The notes beneath the pieces are model-generated. The model saw only the letters and a list, made by a program, of their open reading frames with translations. It was not told the origin of the DNA and made no database searches. A stretch of DNA of 64,000 nucleotides. Source: the human T2T-CHM13v2.0 reference genome, Homo sapiens. The position numbers and the translations under genes are program-made. Numbering within the stretch: position 1 is the first letter of the stretch; each line of letters starts with the position of its first letter. Of this stretch, positions 28,686-47,274 are shown piece after piece. The DNA lies in NCBI RefSeq assembly GCF_009914755.1, contig NC_060926.1; one strand, 5' to 3'.

Positions 28686-29672
28686 TTTATTTGCTGTTTT
28701 ATCATAAGATTCCCCATATCATGAGTCTCTGTAATGATCGTTTTTTATGGTGGCAGATATTTCATTGTGTAGATGTGTCATCACTGATCAGTTAAACTTT
28801 ATTTGCTCACTCTTGCAGCATTAGGAACTGAGAATGTTTCAGTTTTTCCTGTTGGAGATAATGCTAGAATGTGCATTTCAGATCACAGGAGGGACATTTA
28901 GGGAGGTGAGTTTGTTCTCCCCTGCAGAGCAGCTTCCATGCTGAGCCCTGTTTGCCCAGGAGAGGGTGCAGTTTGCCCTTCAGGAGCTGCTTTGGTTTGG
29001 TCTTGGGTTCCTTTTTGTTACCTGCCCTGAGAGTTGAGAAGACAAAACTTCCTCCTGCTTTGGGTGATTCTAGTTTGGTTCTGGTTTACAGCTTTATTTT
29101 TGAGTATTTCTGTATTTCAGCTTCTATTTACTTTACACCATTTTAGATAGATCATCATTTGAACTTTCAGATATCCTAAGCCTCCAGAATCTCTAGAGGA
29201 TTGGCATGTCACATAACTTTAAAAAAGCAATATCAAGAAGAAGTTGGGTTTGTTGAAGGGAAGTGGACAGATCAGGGGACTCTGGCTTATATGGCTAAGC
29301 TGGTGGAGGAAGACATGTGAGCAGACATTGGGTGAACGTCTGCTGTTCCAGTGGCACATCCTGGAATGAGGTTGGGTGGAGGGTAGGTAGAGAGCTGCCC
29401 CAGGTATGGAAGGTGGTAGAAGAAGAGTTGAGTACACACTTGCATGAGGGATGGGGCTGGTTTACAGGAATGGAACCAGCTTGGAAAGAAGACAGAAGGT
29501 GAGAAGTGAATACTTGTTGGTATCATGTAAGAACAGAGTGAAGAAAAAGGACAGGCCGGCCCTTGGTTTATTTTTAAATTTCAGGAAAATGGATTGGCCA
29601 AATAATGGGGATCAAAAATAAAGGGTGTTTTTATTATGAGCCAAGTGAAAATTAAATTTAAGATATGTATGT

Positions 29673-30332
<660 letters not shown>

Positions 30333-30453
30333 CATGTCTAGAGGGCTGCTTATGTGTAATAGCTTTATAATACTGCATATATAAAGGGCAGTTTATATTT
30401 AATGCTGGTAGAATATCATGAAGGTAGTGTATGTTAGAGTTAGGTTTAGCTAC

Positions 30454-30896
30454 TGTATTAGTTTCTCATGGCTTCCATAGCAAATTATCAGATAACATGA
30501 AACAGAAGAAATGTAATTCTATCACATTCCTGGAGGCCAGACATCTGAAATCATGGTGTTGGCAGGGCTGGGGTCCTAGGAGAGACTCTGTGACTTGCTT
30601 TTCCCAGCTCCTGGTAATTCCAGGCATTCCCTGGCTTGTGGCTGCATCGCTTCAAGATCTGCCTCTGTCTCCACATGGCCTTTTCTTCCTTCTTCTGTGT
30701 CTTCTCCTCTGTTTTCTTAAACAGACACCTGTCCTTGGATTTAGGGCCCACTCAGATAATCCAGGATGATCTCATCTCAAGATCCTTAACTTGATTACAT
30801 CTGCAAAGACTGTTTTTCTAAATAAGGTCACATTCACAGGTTCCAGAGATTAGAACATGGACATACCTTTTGGAGGCCATCATTCGATGCCCTATA
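30454..30896. mobile_element. MLT1-type MaLR solo LTR
   Basis: tgtattagtttc...aatccaggatgatctcatctcaagatccttaac...aaataaggtcacattcacagg; 5-bp TSD gctac at 30449-30453 and 30897-30901. Confidence 0.85.
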
Positions 30897-32015
30897 GCTA
30901 CAAATAAGAATGGTGTGAACAGGCAAGGTTTTATTCTTTCACACCAAAGAAAGTAGTCCTTGGTGAGTATGGTCATTCTGCAAGGTCGACCGAGCCCTTC
31001 CAGAATGTGAGTCTTCTAGTCTAAGAGGCTATGAGGTGCTAGTCACCACTGTGTCTCCTGTTGTTGGACGGGGAGACGAGGAGAGGAGAAAGTGTGTTGC
31101 CTGGTAGGAGTTCATAACCAGGATTCATGGCCCCCTCAAAGCGGTCTGTGGATATGACTATATTGTATTAAAATTGGTTTCCACTGTAATCATAAGTATT
31201 TTATTTTTGGCACTTAGAGAAATTCTGAGAAGGAGTTCATAGGCCTCATCAGACTGCCAGAAGGGGTCCATGGCACAGAACAGACGAGGAGCTCTTGTAT
31301 GACTTCTCCAAAGTGTGACATGGCACTTCTGCGGACATCCTCCCGGTTGATCTTTAGTTATGTGCTCATACCGTATAGCTCTCAGGATGCTTGCCCTGAA
31401 ATAATCATATCAGAATAACCATGTTATGCAGAGAGAAGGGTGATTTTTCATGTCTGTATTTATGACTTCCTTTTCCCCAAGTAATATTTTTGAATAGTTT
31501 ATGGTATCAAGAAGTTTGATGAAGTATATCATAAAGAAGGTCTTCCTTGTTAGCTGTGTGACCTAGGGCAGATACTTCATCTTTCTGAGACTCAATTTTC
31601 TCATCTGTGAAATGGGATAATACTGGACTGTATCTCAAAGGTCATTGGATTGGCACAGAAGTGCGTTCTGAATGTTTCCTAGTTTCTAATCTCCACCACC
31701 AGTCATCTCTACTAGTAGGAAAGTAATAGGGTTTAACTTGCTAACATGTAACAGTTATTCTGATTTATAGGAGTTTCAAAGGATTTCAAACGAGGCCAAC
31801 TTTACAGATATATTAAAAATAGCTTTTGTAGCAGAAGAGTAGATATCCGGAAAAAGTTATCCTTAAAAGTTTTCAAGGTATAATCAATACAAACAGGAAA
31901 AATAAAAGTTAAGGGAAAACCAAGTATAATTTAACATATAAGATGCCTTTAATTGGTAGCTAAATAAAAAGGAAGCTATGTAATGGATCAGAGTATTGCG
32001 TTTAAATCTTGTCAT

Positions 32016-32330
<315 letters not shown>

Positions 32331-32464
32331 TCATATTTGTTGGGTGAATGAAAGTTCCCTAGTAGGCCTACCTAGCGTGAAACTGTGGCTGAGTTTCTCA
32401 GCTGTTTCTAACAGACATCAGCCCAGAGGATGGTTAGGACTGCTTCTTGGGTGAGGAACCGTGA

Positions 32465-32862
<398 letters not shown>

Positions 32863-34514
32863 TCCAGAGAAACTGTATATAATTGGCAAATGTCTCTGCA
32901 TAAAAGACTCTTCCTAATTGCTGCAACTGCTGGCCCAGGTCTGGGACAGGGAGAATTGTATTTGTGGGTCCCAAAAGTCCTCTTGAGTGTGAAGTGTCTT
33001 TGCTCTTCCTGTTGGGAAGCCCCACGTTCGTTAGCAGCTCCTGCCCCCTGGGCTCACTTCTGCAAAGCAAGCCTGCCTCTATTTCTGCTCAAGTGCAGTG
33101 TTCCAGGAGAACCTGACTGCATGTCCCAGCTCTGCCAGCTCTCAGTGGTGGGTTCTTGGCCACCTGTAGCTTCATTCTCCCATCTGCCAATGAGGGTGGT
33201 CCTACCTAGCACAGCAATGGTGGGGCAGTCGAGCACCGGGCAGAGTAGGTGCTCAGTGAATGAAATACTGTAATTATTAACACATGCCATGGACAGCAGT
33301 GCAGGCCTGCGGGATCAGGTGCAGAAGGAAGTTAACCCAGTGAATTCCACACCTGGTAATCCACACTGTGTTCTCAGGTTAAAGAAGCAGGAGGAAGCAG
33401 GCATTGAGTCAAATTGGTGGCTGTTTGCTAAGTGTGGGGTTTTACTGAAGGCAGCACCTGCTTCTGCAGCACAGCTGGTCTGAAAAGCCAGGTTGCTCCT
33501 TGTGAGGGCTTAGGGGTCGGTTTTAACAGTCACTCCAAGCAGGCACAGGGAGAAGATGCTGTCCTCTTCTGGCAGCCTGGCTGGTGAGCAGTGGAACCAA
33601 TTGTGGTGTCTCTTCTTTAGAGTTTGGGGTGGGAGAAGACGCAGTTACTCGTCTGGGCTGTTTGTTTAGATTATCAGTGGGGTTTGCATTTGTGAAATCT
33701 AAGCCATTTTCACCTTATGATTGTATGTGTTTGAAAAAGTATTTGTGTTGTTAACACTTGTTATACTTGTTAATTTTTATGAACAAGTGTAGCGTACTTG
33801 TTAATTGTCTTTATTTACAAATGGCAGAGAAAACAAAGTGGATAGTTGAGAGACTGTCATTGGATTATAGTAATTTAGTAAGGGAAAGAGTTCTTTGAGA
33901 AAAGACCTGGGGGGAAGATACATGGATTTGATTGAATTTTTTCCTAGGGTGCCTAGGCAGTGAATACTTTTTAGCCATCTTTACTCAGTATGCTTTTAAA
34001 TGTGTCACGGTGTGATTGAGCCAAGTTCCGTCTGTCTGGTTTTTTTTTTTCCTTGAAAGTTACAAAAATGGTATCATTCTCTAGGAAATCATGTTAAAAA
34101 AAAATCCCACGTTCCCGTCCCAGAATAACCTGGTGTTTCACAGTACATAGTGGTAGGATCTTTTTATTTCCTTGAAACAACTTGTTATCAAATTAAGATA
34201 ATTTCCTGCTCTGTGGTAGGGAGACTGCTGTTTATTGACCCAGTCCTTCCTCCTCACCACACAATTGAAGAACCTGGTTTGAAGTGTAAACCTAAAAAAC
34301 ATGTGATCCCCCCATACCGTTTTTTTTTTTTTTTTTTTTTTTTTAAGACAGGAGGAGGACTGTGGGAGTGGTTATCAGTAGATCTGTGCAGAAGGGTTGG
34401 CCCTGCAGACTGGGTCTGGTGTAGAATGTGCCCTGTGGGAGCTGCCTCCAGGCCTGTGGCTGGGTGTGTTAATCAGTGCTGGACTTCATACAGAAAAGTC
34501 GATGCTGTTTTCTT

Positions 34515-34647
34515 TTCTTTTTCTTTTTTTTAAATTTGGTAGAGATATGATCTCACCATGTTGTCCAGGCTGGTCAACATGATCCAATCCTCCTGCCTTG
34601 GCCTCCCAAAGTGCTGGGATTACAGGTGTGAGCCACTGTGCCTGGCC
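34515..34647 (-). mobile_element. Alu left monomer (FLAM-like)
   Basis: TSD atgctgttttcttt. Confidence 0.8.
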
Positions 34648-35224
34648 AATGCTGTTTTCTTTGTAGCTGAATTGTTCATTGGCTGCAAAGCTATAGAGGG
34701 TGGGTCAAGATAATTAGATGTTTGGAAAATAGTTAAGAGGGGGATTGGCTTCCACCCCATTCTTTGATTTTTTTTCTCTTTGAAGAAAGAGGGGGGGCTC
34801 AAGGGACACTGACCTTGGAGGCAGGAGCCTTGGGGTTTGTCCTGTGCCCGTCATTGACCGGGATCGCTTCCTTTTCTGTAAATCAAGGTCATGGGCGCAG
34901 CTGACTTGCCAAGGCTGTTGCCAGCTCTGCGCTGCCTTCTGAGGAACTTGATGGTTTGCTTCCTGTGAAAACTTGATGGTTTGCTTTAAGGTATCACTAG
35001 ATACCTTGGGGTGATATCTAATCACACCAATGAAGAGATTGGGTATTTGTTTTTCCCAAATCCCTAAGTGCTGATTTCTCCAGGGCAGTACACAACCTCT
35101 TATCTTTAGCACTCACTTTGACTTGCATAAGTTTCCTGGCTTGGATGATAAGCTATATGGTCACCCTGCTTATTCAGAGAAAGGTTCATAGTGTTCTTTA
35201 ATGACTATTCTAATACATGAAAAC

Positions 35225-37960
<2,736 letters not shown>

Positions 37961-40159
37961 TGTGTCTGCAGTGACATTTTCTGCATTCTCTTCCTTTTCC
38001 CTCTGATTTATGTCTGTTGGATGGAGAAGTAGAAACTTTATGAGAGAAGGGATATCATGGGGCTTGTTGATCTGTTTTCATCCCAGCGCCCCCGAACCAT
38101 GCCTGGCACCAAATAGCCACACTGTAAATGCCTGTGGGGTTAATTGATTTGTTGTTGCTGTATCTCTATTCCTTGGCACCTCTGGGAAGCATTTTTGTCT
38201 CCCCCCGTCCACATGGGACCGTGTCGTCACTGTGCTGTGACGGGAGCTGGCTGAGTCAGGCTGGCAGGCTGTGGCTGCCCTGCATGCCGTGCCCTCCCAC
38301 GGTGGCTCTTCAAATTCTTGGCTATGTGCCCAGCACTGGTACACAGACCCTCTGAGTCAGGGCTTGCCAATGGAAAAAATATTTTCAACCTTTTTTGGTC
38401 TTTTAAAATATTAAAACCTATAGTTGGAATTACTTCTTTTCATTTTTACAATGTACTTGAAGTATCAGAGGAATAAGGAAAGCCATTGTAAGCTTGGTTA
38501 GTGGAAAGGGATAAACCACCTCTGAGCATCCAAATAAAATTAGGAAGCGGGGGTTCTAGATGAGGGAGGACAATTCCAGGAGGCTCTTGACCTTGTATAT
38601 GATTCCCTGACTGGGAATGTGGTCTGAGATGCCCTTTCCTGGACAGATTACAAATGACAGCCCCTGGAGCAAACACATGAATCAGCCAGGGAGTTAAAAA
38701 AGAACAGGGTAGTTTGGACTGGGCCTCTCTCTTTCAGGACATGACTGCTGTGGCTACAGACTGCATTCAGGTCCCCAGCATCTGGAAGGAGTCTGTGCCC
38801 ACTTATCCTTTGCATCCTAAGGGGACTGGGTCTTTGTGCACCAGCAGCAGCCGTAGAGGTTGGGCTTGGGAATCAGGGGCTCCCTTATCAAAGCTGGGAA
38901 ACTTAGAACAACAGCTGTGCCGCTCATGGACCTGTAGTCTCTCCTGTTAAGCAGAGTGCTGAGTTCATGTGATAGCAAACACAGCTCTGCCAGACCACAG
39001 GGTCACCAGGCAGGCACTCCATCCCTCCCTCCAGGGGGAGACCACGGCATGCCTTGGATGAGGTGACTTGGCCAACTGTCTTGTGGCCCCAGCTCCTGAC
39101 ATTACAATGTGATGACTGTGACACTTGGAAGAGAAATGTCTCGGGTATCGTGGTCCTGGGTCCTGTGGTACAGGACCTTGTCTCTGCGGTCCTGTACTTT
39201 TGCTTCACAATTAGAAGAATTGAAAGCTTCAGGTTGTTTCAGGTATGTTTTTTCAAGAAGTGCAATAGTAGTGTGTTTATAGATGTTTTCCTTAGAGTTA
39301 GTTTTGGGGGAGAGAAGATGACTGCCCTTCCATCCTGCAGGTGGATTGGCTGGGGAATGAGGCCATCTCTTTTCAGAGTGAGCAGTGAACCATTTTTGTC
39401 TGTACACTGACCTGGGGCTGATTTGGCATCCTGACCTTCCAGTCTAAGGGAGTTGGTAAGGGGCTGGAAGGGCCCATTCTTTGTGTGTGTGGGTATTTTT
39501 TAGAGACGGGGTCTTGCTGTGTTGCCTGGGCCGGTCTGGAGATCCTGAGTTCAAGCAATCCTCTTGCCTTGGCCTTCCGAGTAGCTGAGACTACAGGTAC
39601 ATGCTGGACCCACACTTTGGACTCTGTCCCTGCTGGCCTAGTTCTTTGCCAAGAGCAAAACTTGAGAGCACCCTCACACAGGTAACAGTTAGACCTTGTC
39701 AGGAGACATGGCTGTTTTCCCAGACAGCTGAGCTTTCAGACTAAAGCACAGAAAAGTTGGAGGACATGGGACTCCTTAGCCCACAAAAGAAACTCTATTT
39801 TAATTTTCCATGTGAAATAGGAGTAGGGTACGTTAGGGTAGGGCATCTTGGTTATGAGATGCCTGCAGCAAGTGCCATCAGGGTGGCTGCCAGCTGAGTC
39901 ATCTCCCTCAAAGAGCTTTCCTGGAACCACTCTCCCCGGTGATGTCAGCTCCTTCACCTCCATTGCTGTCTCTAGCTGCAGGGGTGGTTGGAGACCCAGT
40001 ATTTTAGCTAGGCCCTGCCAGAGGCCATTGGGATAGCAGGTCAATGGATGAAGGAGGTTGTATAGGCAAATGGCAGTAATTATCTCTGATCTTGATTTTT
40101 GTAGGAAATAGGCATAGATTAAGGCATAGATAAATTTGAAAAGGCATAGATACATTAAT

Positions 40160-40452
40160 TAATTAATTAGAGATGAGGTTTCACTCTGTCGCCCTGTCTG
40201 AAGTGCAATGGCGTGATCAAGGTTCATTGCAGCTTTGACCTCCTGGGCTCAAGTGATTCCCGCACCTTAGCCTACTGAGTAGCTGGGACCACAGGCAGGC
40301 ACCACCATTCCCAGCTAATTTATAAATTTTTTTTGTAGAAACAGGGTCTCACTGTGTTGCCCAGGCTGGTCTTGAACACCTGGGCTCAAGGGATCCTCCT
40401 GCTTTGGCCTCCCAAAGCACTGATTGGCAGGCATGAGCTGCTGCGCCCAACC
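40160..40452 (-). mobile_element. Alu (J-type)
   Basis: Antisense dimer; TSD aggcatagata. Confidence 0.88.
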
Positions 40453-41558
40453 AGGCATAGATAAATTTAAAGACACCTTTTACTGTAGACAATTTGGAAA
40501 ATAGAGAAAACCAGAGGGAAAAGAAAAAAAAGAATCTCTCAGTCCTACCACTTGATGTGTGAACCTCCAGTTTTCCCGGCTGCTTGTGTCCTGCCTTTTT
40601 TAAACACAATACGATGACATCAGTATGTCCCCCTTTCCCTCATTTATGTTTTATTGTGGTAGAATACTGTTTTATTGTGGTAGAATACACATAACATAAA
40701 ATTTAGCATCTTAACCATTTTTAAGAGTACAGTATAAATATGCCCTTTTATAAATTACTTGTTTTTCCCTCCTCGTGTGGCTTTGTTTTCTGTGTGGTAG
40801 CCATTCTGTGGTTTACTTAACCACTCTAAGTATTGAACACACAAACAGGCTTGAATCAATTCATTTGAAAAGGTGTGGACAAGACTTTGTCCTAAGGGTG
40901 ACACCTGGCCCAGCCAGCAGATGTGATTGTTCTACCTTGGCCACCTTGCTCTGGGAAATTGTATTGCTTAGTCAGGTTGACCTTCAGTGACCAAAAAAGT
41001 GGATGGTAGTGTCAAGGGCTTCGGGTAGCTTATGAAACTCTTTTTCCTTCTCATCTTGTTACTTTCCTCTTGATACTTACTTGTTAACTACAGTGTTACT
41101 ATAGACGCCTTTGGGTATATGCAGATTTACCATTAGTTAATCCCAGAGAAAAATGGATAAATTATGACAGCGTGGTGGCTGTCAGACTTAAGAATGCCAA
41201 AGCATTCCCGTTTCTCTCCCTCCACCCCATCCCTTCCAGACTTACTACCAGGGACCTTTGGTTTGCCTTTCCTTGTCACCAGGACTCCGAGGTCTTTCAG
41301 CTCCTTGTTTCTTCTGTTCAGTAGCTGAAGGATGCAGGTACTCTGCCCTCCTGCTGTGGTTTGTTTCTCTAGCGAGAAGTCCAGCAGCCCAGCTACTGAA
41401 AGCCAAGGTCACTAACGCAGGATGCAGTCAGCCCAGGAGGAGCACAGCCCTGGACATGAAGCTTCTGGTCTTACTTCTCCCACCTTCCTGCTACGGTGTG
41501 CATTGCAGCCGCAAGCTCTGCCTTGGAATTGCTTACTGTGTCTTAGTTCCTGTGTGCA

Positions 41559-41860
41559 TTTTTTTATTTTTTATTTTTTTGAGACAGTCTTGCTCTGTCA
41601 TCCAGGCTGGAGTGCAGTTGTGCGATCACAGCTCATTGCAACCTCTGCCTCCTGGGTTCAACTGATTCTCCCTCCTCAGCCTCCTGAGTAGCTGGGACTA
41701 GAGGCACCCGCCACCACGCCTGGCTAATTTTTGTATTTTTAGTAGAGATGGGATTTCACCATGTTGGCCAGACTGGTCTTGAACTCCTGATCTCAGGTGA
41801 TTTGCCCACCTCAGCCTCCCAGAGGGCTGGGATTACAGTCATGAGCCCCTGCGCCTAGCC
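41559..41860 (-). mobile_element. Alu
   Basis: Antisense dimer; TSD tgtgcatttttt. Confidence 0.92.
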
Positions 41861-42264
41861 CCCCTTGTGCATTTTTTAAAAGGTGCAGTTCTGTATTTAC
41901 TGTAGTGTTTATGTGGTAAAATTTGTTCATTTAAAAACATTTAATATTGCTGTTGTTCCCTTGATGCTTGGTTACAAATTTGCATAAGTTCTCAGTGGCC
42001 TGCCCCAGCTTACCTATTCCCATGGGACTTCTTTTTACTTTTATTGTGCCCTTTTGTAGAGTATGAGGGTTTTTAGGAACTCAAAAATTGCATTATGGCA
42101 AAAATACCTGGAAGGTTTTCCTGATGCTAAGATTCTTTTTAATTCCCCTTTTAATACAAATAACATGTATCATTATAGATAATTAAGTGCAGATAACCCA
42201 AACAAACAAAAACCACTCAAAAGTCTTATCACTGAGATTCTAGATTAAACACTATTATATAGAC

Positions 42265-42520
42265 CTGCGATTCTCAAACATGGGTAGGGATAAGGCAGTG
42301 GGGGAGGTGAGATTGGCCTGAAGAGGACATTTGGGGACTCCACACTGGTTTGTCACAGTTGTGGGTATGGAGAGCAGGGGTACGTGCTGCTGACACCTAG
42401 TTGGTAAAGTCCAGGGAAGCTGCTCAGTGTCCCCAGAGGCACAACAGTGTTGTGCGACAGCCTCACAACAAAGAATTATTTGGCTCAAAATGTCAATAGT
42501 GCTGAGGTTGAGAAACCCTG
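42265..42520. mobile_element. MER20-like hAT DNA transposon
   Basis: End aaagaattatttggctcaaaatgtcaatagtgctgaggttgagaaaccctg; 8-bp TSD atatagac / atatggac. Confidence 0.85.
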
Positions 42521-45500
42521 ATATGGACAGATAGTTATGGGGCCTTTTTCTGTGAATATTATTAAATACACTTTAGTTTTACAAAAATTTGGATTATTTA
42601 TACAGACTAGTTTATGACCTGCTTTTAAAACTTATTACTTCATGAACATCTTTCTGTGTCCATGACTATGGGCCTGTGACATACCATTGTGTGAGCATGT
42701 TGGAGCTTACTTCACCAGCCCCCTGTCTGGAGACTGAGGTGCTGCCAGCGTTTTGCTATTGAAACCACATTTGTTTGTATTTTGCCTTCTGCATGCTGGT
42801 TGACTATGGCCAGCCCATGTTGGGGCACCAGCTCTACATCTGGGGTGCCTTTCATGGGTAATAATATTCCCTTCCTGCCAGAGGCCCCCCCGCCAACCAT
42901 GGCAGTCCCCAATCTCTAGTTTTCTCACAGTTGAACATAACTCAAGCTTAATGAAGTACTGTTGAAATAGTGAATAGGTAAGTAACACAATATTTCTGTC
43001 ACGTTTCATTTTTAAGTAGAACTTTCACTTTTTGCTTCATTTTACTTTATGGGTTTCTAAAAAAATAAATAAATTAAAACAACCTATCTTCTGGTAGGTT
43101 ACATGTGACTTTAACTTCTTGCCAAGTTGGCTTTGCTCCATACCTGGGCTTCCTGAGTTCCTGGGGAGGCAGGAGTGGGTCAGATGGAGGATGCCTTGCT
43201 CTGACTGTGCTGTGGGTGGCACCTGTCAGTTGTCATGCTGGGGACCCCCTCCTTCCCCCCAAAGCTGCTCTGAGGCTGCAGGTGAGATGCAGCCCAGGAG
43301 AGGAAGTGCATGACAGCTGTTTGGGCCCACGTTCCCTTTTAGGTTGCAGACAGGGCAGCGTGCAGAGCTGGTGGGCTGGGCGGGGTCTGACACAGTGCTG
43401 TGCGGAGCTCACCCGGACCTGGGCACTCAGGCTCTTTCTATATGGGGAACTCCAAGAGCTTGTTTGTGTGGTGGTGTCTATTTTTGTGTTTTGTGTGGTG
43501 CTCTGTGAGGAAGTCTGTTGTCTACGCACATCCCAGCTGCTTTGAATGGTCTGTCTCTGGGGGCTTCCAGGTAGGGAATTGTGTACGGGGAATCCAGGAT
43601 TCGGGCAGCATCGGAACAGCAGGATGTGAGTAACAGGAAGTGACAGAAATGACCCAGGGCGCCAGATGCTTATTCTCGGCCACCTTTCCAAGCGCTGCAG
43701 CCCAGGAGCTATATTTAGCAGAGTGTTTCCGAGTGCCTCATCCTGCCCCCAGCACCGTCCCTTTGCCCCTCTTTTGGTTGGTGGCTGATTGCACGGTACT
43801 GATTTGCTGCTCCAGCGTTCCTGCTCTACTTCGTAATCTGTAGGCTCTTGCCCATTGACTTTAACACCCAGTTTTTGTTTGTGCTGGGTCACTTCAATTT
43901 TGATACACGTGGAGCAGCTGGAAACTGTTCTGAGCAGGAAGGGCAGCAGGTAAGAGCCCCAGGGGACAGTGTGCCATCATACTGGGAGGCTGTTGGGTGG
44001 TGAGTTCAAGGTCAGGGTTTGGAATTAAGCGGAAGGAATTGAGCTTCCTTGTAAGATGCTCCAGAGGGTTGCTTCTTGGCTTGTATGTCTTAGAAATGGA
44101 AGGCTGGAATTTTTAAGGTATAGGCTTTGTGGTGTGACTTTACTCATGTGCTAGAAACATTCTGTGGTTCTCACCTGGCCAGACAGAAAGCTGCAGGTGG
44201 AAGAGGCTTGTGTGTGGTGAATTCCTACAGTCTGAGCTTTGTCACGGGAAAATTTCCCTCCAGTCCCCCAAAGCAAGCACTACAGAGCCCAGATTTGTTC
44301 TGCTTTGGGTGTGGGTGGATTTTCACCTTGTCTGTCGACGGTGCAGGACCTGTCCCTGTGTGCTTTGAGGTTTCTAGGGTGTGATGTTGGTTTGTGGTTT
44401 GTGGAGGGGTGTGTGTTGGGAGGGAAGGTGTTTTTGCTGTTCTCCTCTAAAAGCTCCCTTCTGAGTGGTCCCGCCAGGACCTCCCTTTCCTCCCTTCATG
44501 AAGCATCCACCTTGTTTTCAGACACTCGAGCTATTTGGGATTCAGGAATTGACTCTGGGATGAGAAATTTGAGAGACAAATTAGGAACAGTTGTGTCTGC
44601 CATGAGACGCGTGGCAGTCGGCAGGGGCCTGGTGGGGTGTATAAAAGCCCTGGGAACCCTGCATAAAGGGGTTGGGATGGTAAAGGAGTGAATTCCAGGC
44701 TCAGGCGCTCAGGAGATTCCCCTCCCCCAGTTCCCTCAGCAGAGTCTGGCTACTGGCATGGTTTCAGGCTGACCTGTTAACCTTCCGTATGGCTAAACTA
44801 CAAATATAGGGCATGGCTATATTGTGTGTGTCTCTAGTTCTGGCTTGGGCATGTTAGCATATTTTTGTGCCAAAACATTTAAAACATTCAAAAAGTAACA
44901 CATGAACCCAGCTATGACTGCTTCCAGCCTGAGAAATAAACATAATAGATATAACAGAGGCACTTGGAATTCTCTTTCCTATCCTCGTTTCTTCCTGCTC
45001 CCCCTTCCCTGGGGGCATCCTAACTTTGGTGTTTGTCATTTGTTTTCATGTTTATATACTTTTTTGATAAGTGTGTGTAGGCATAAACAGTATATAGCAT
45101 TGTTGAACTGGTTCTGAAATGTCGAATAAATGTTATCAGACTGGACAGCCACAGCATTACGCTTCCTGGATTTATCCCTGTGGCTACATCTAGCTTTAGT
45201 TAAATGGTTCAAGGTTTAATACAACTGATTCCTGATTCCTGGAGTTAAATCAGAATTTCTGGGGAACGAGGCATGAACCGCAGAGCTCCTGACAGGCGCG
45301 GCCTGAGTTGAGGCCCACGATGCTGGTTTTCGTGGCCTCTGTAGTGTTCCAGTACCTAAGACGTCCTGTTGTGGACGTACACTTTCCCAGATTCCCTGTG
45401 ATCAGTAGTGCTGCTGTGAATATGCTTATCTTCGTCTTCTTGGCACATGGGCAAGAGTTTCTCTAGAATGTGTTTCTAAGGATAGAATTGCCAGGTGTGT

Positions 45501-45659
45501 GCATCTTCAGCTTGACTGGTGATCGTCAAATTACCTCCAGAACTATCAGCAGCAGTGGTCACGTATGAGTGATCTCATTTCTATAGTGTCTTTAAGTTTT
45601 TCTTTTTTAACATACCAAACTGAGGGCAAGATGAAGACCTCATGAGTGAGATAAGACAT

Positions 45660-46410
45660 TGGACATTGCTGAGACTTTAATCGACACCGTGCCCTCAGCA
45701 TGTCCACACGGACCTGCTGGCCCTGCCGCCACCCCAGCTGTAAAGCTTGCTTCCACCCACAGTGTCCCCTTCCTGGGATGGGAGCAGCACCCAGCCAGCT
45801 GCTCGGAGGTCACTGTGGACTCCTCTCTGTCTCACCCTGTCCCGTCTGCTGTCCTCAGAGCACATCCAGAGCCTGCCCACTCTCCTCACCATCATCTCGT
45901 GATGGGGTTACTGAGGAGCCTCCCAAAAGGTTTCCTGCCTTCTTTCCTGCATCTTACTGTCAGCTTTCAATAAAGCAACCAGAATGATGCTTTCAAAACT
46001 TGAGCTTGCATGGCTTCTTATTTTACGTGGAGTAAAAGCCAAAGTTCTTACACCTGCATGGCCCTCTGTGGTCCTGATGCTTGCAGGTTGGCCCCTGGCC
46101 CCCTTCCTGATGCCAGCCCCAGCCACGCACCACGCGCCTGCTTCTGCTCAGCCCTTCCCACCTCCTTCCTTGCTTCCTTCCAGTCTCTGGCTCCTTCCTC
46201 GCCTCCTCCCCGTTTTTGCTGTGGAGTCCCCTGGCCCCCAGACCTCTCTTTTCTGGTCTCCCGTTTTTCCATAGGGCTTGTCACCAGCTACTACTCTCCA
46301 TGCTGTGTAATTCACTTCTTTAATAAGTCTTTAATTTACTGCCTGCATTCAAATGTAACTTCCGCAGGAGCAGGAATCTTTTCTGTTTGCTCAAGTGAAA
46401 GACTGCCTGA
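45660..46410 (+). mobile_element. L2 LINE 3' fragment
   Basis: gtaaaagccaaagttcttaca...aaatgtaacttcc...gcaggaatcttttctgtttgctc pattern. Confidence 0.55.
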
Positions 46411-47274
46411 ATTTATTTCTGAGGAAGAAAGAAAGAATTTGGAGCCCAATGATGAAGATAGCACAGGAGAGAGGAGGTGAAGTTGAGGGAGCAGTTTCTG
46501 ACTTGGGAGGTTGGGGGGATGGGACAATTACTGGTCTCTGGGAGGCAGTGGCAGAAGGACCTTGAGGCCCCCTAAGTGTGTAGTAGGACCCCCGAGGGGC
46601 ATGGCCAGTGGGCTGTGGGGCTGCAGAGGCAGCTTCTTTTGGGGCCTTGTCTTGGCACCATCTCGGCCACTCCCAGAGCATACATTGGTATTGCCGTAGT
46701 GGGTGCTGGGCTGGCCCGCCCCACCCAGGAAGTGCACTACTGTTTGAGGGCAGGAGCCTGCGATTCTGACATCCTCTCTTCATGGCTGAGCTCCTCAGGT
46801 TACATAGCTCCACTGATTCCTCAAGCACTGTTGTGTTTAGAAATGAAACCTTCCATTTCCAGGGCCCTGCCTTGTGCAGGCTCAAGTACCCAGGCCACGT
46901 GTCAGAGCCCATAGCAAAATGAGCAGCTCAACCGGAGGGCGTGGTCCATGACACTCCTGCGTGTGCTTGGACTCAGGCGCAGGGACAGGCGGGGCAGCTG
47001 GCATTTCTACCCACCCCTCCTGACATAGAGGACCTGGTCCTTTTCTTTGAGAATGTGTACCAAAGGTGTGTCGGCTGTGTCCACATAATATTTTCTTGGC
47101 GTCAGATGTTTCATGGGTTGCACTAACTACAAATACAGGACTTTAGATAAGATTACACTTTTAACTTGCGCTGCCCACATACGCCCTTGTCCTTAAGAAA
47201 CACAGCATTGTTCTGGAGTTACTCCTTGGTTTTCCCAGTTTAAACTTAAATATTGTTGATGGTGGTTACTTATT

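Noticed and set aside
31105-31300. Possible hAT/Charlie-type DNA transposon fragment
   Set aside because: The resemblance is from memory only; I could not define termini or a TSD well enough to call it.
39100-39130. TGATGA box C-like motif suggesting an intronic snoRNA
   Set aside because: No convincing box D with a terminal stem at a suitable distance.
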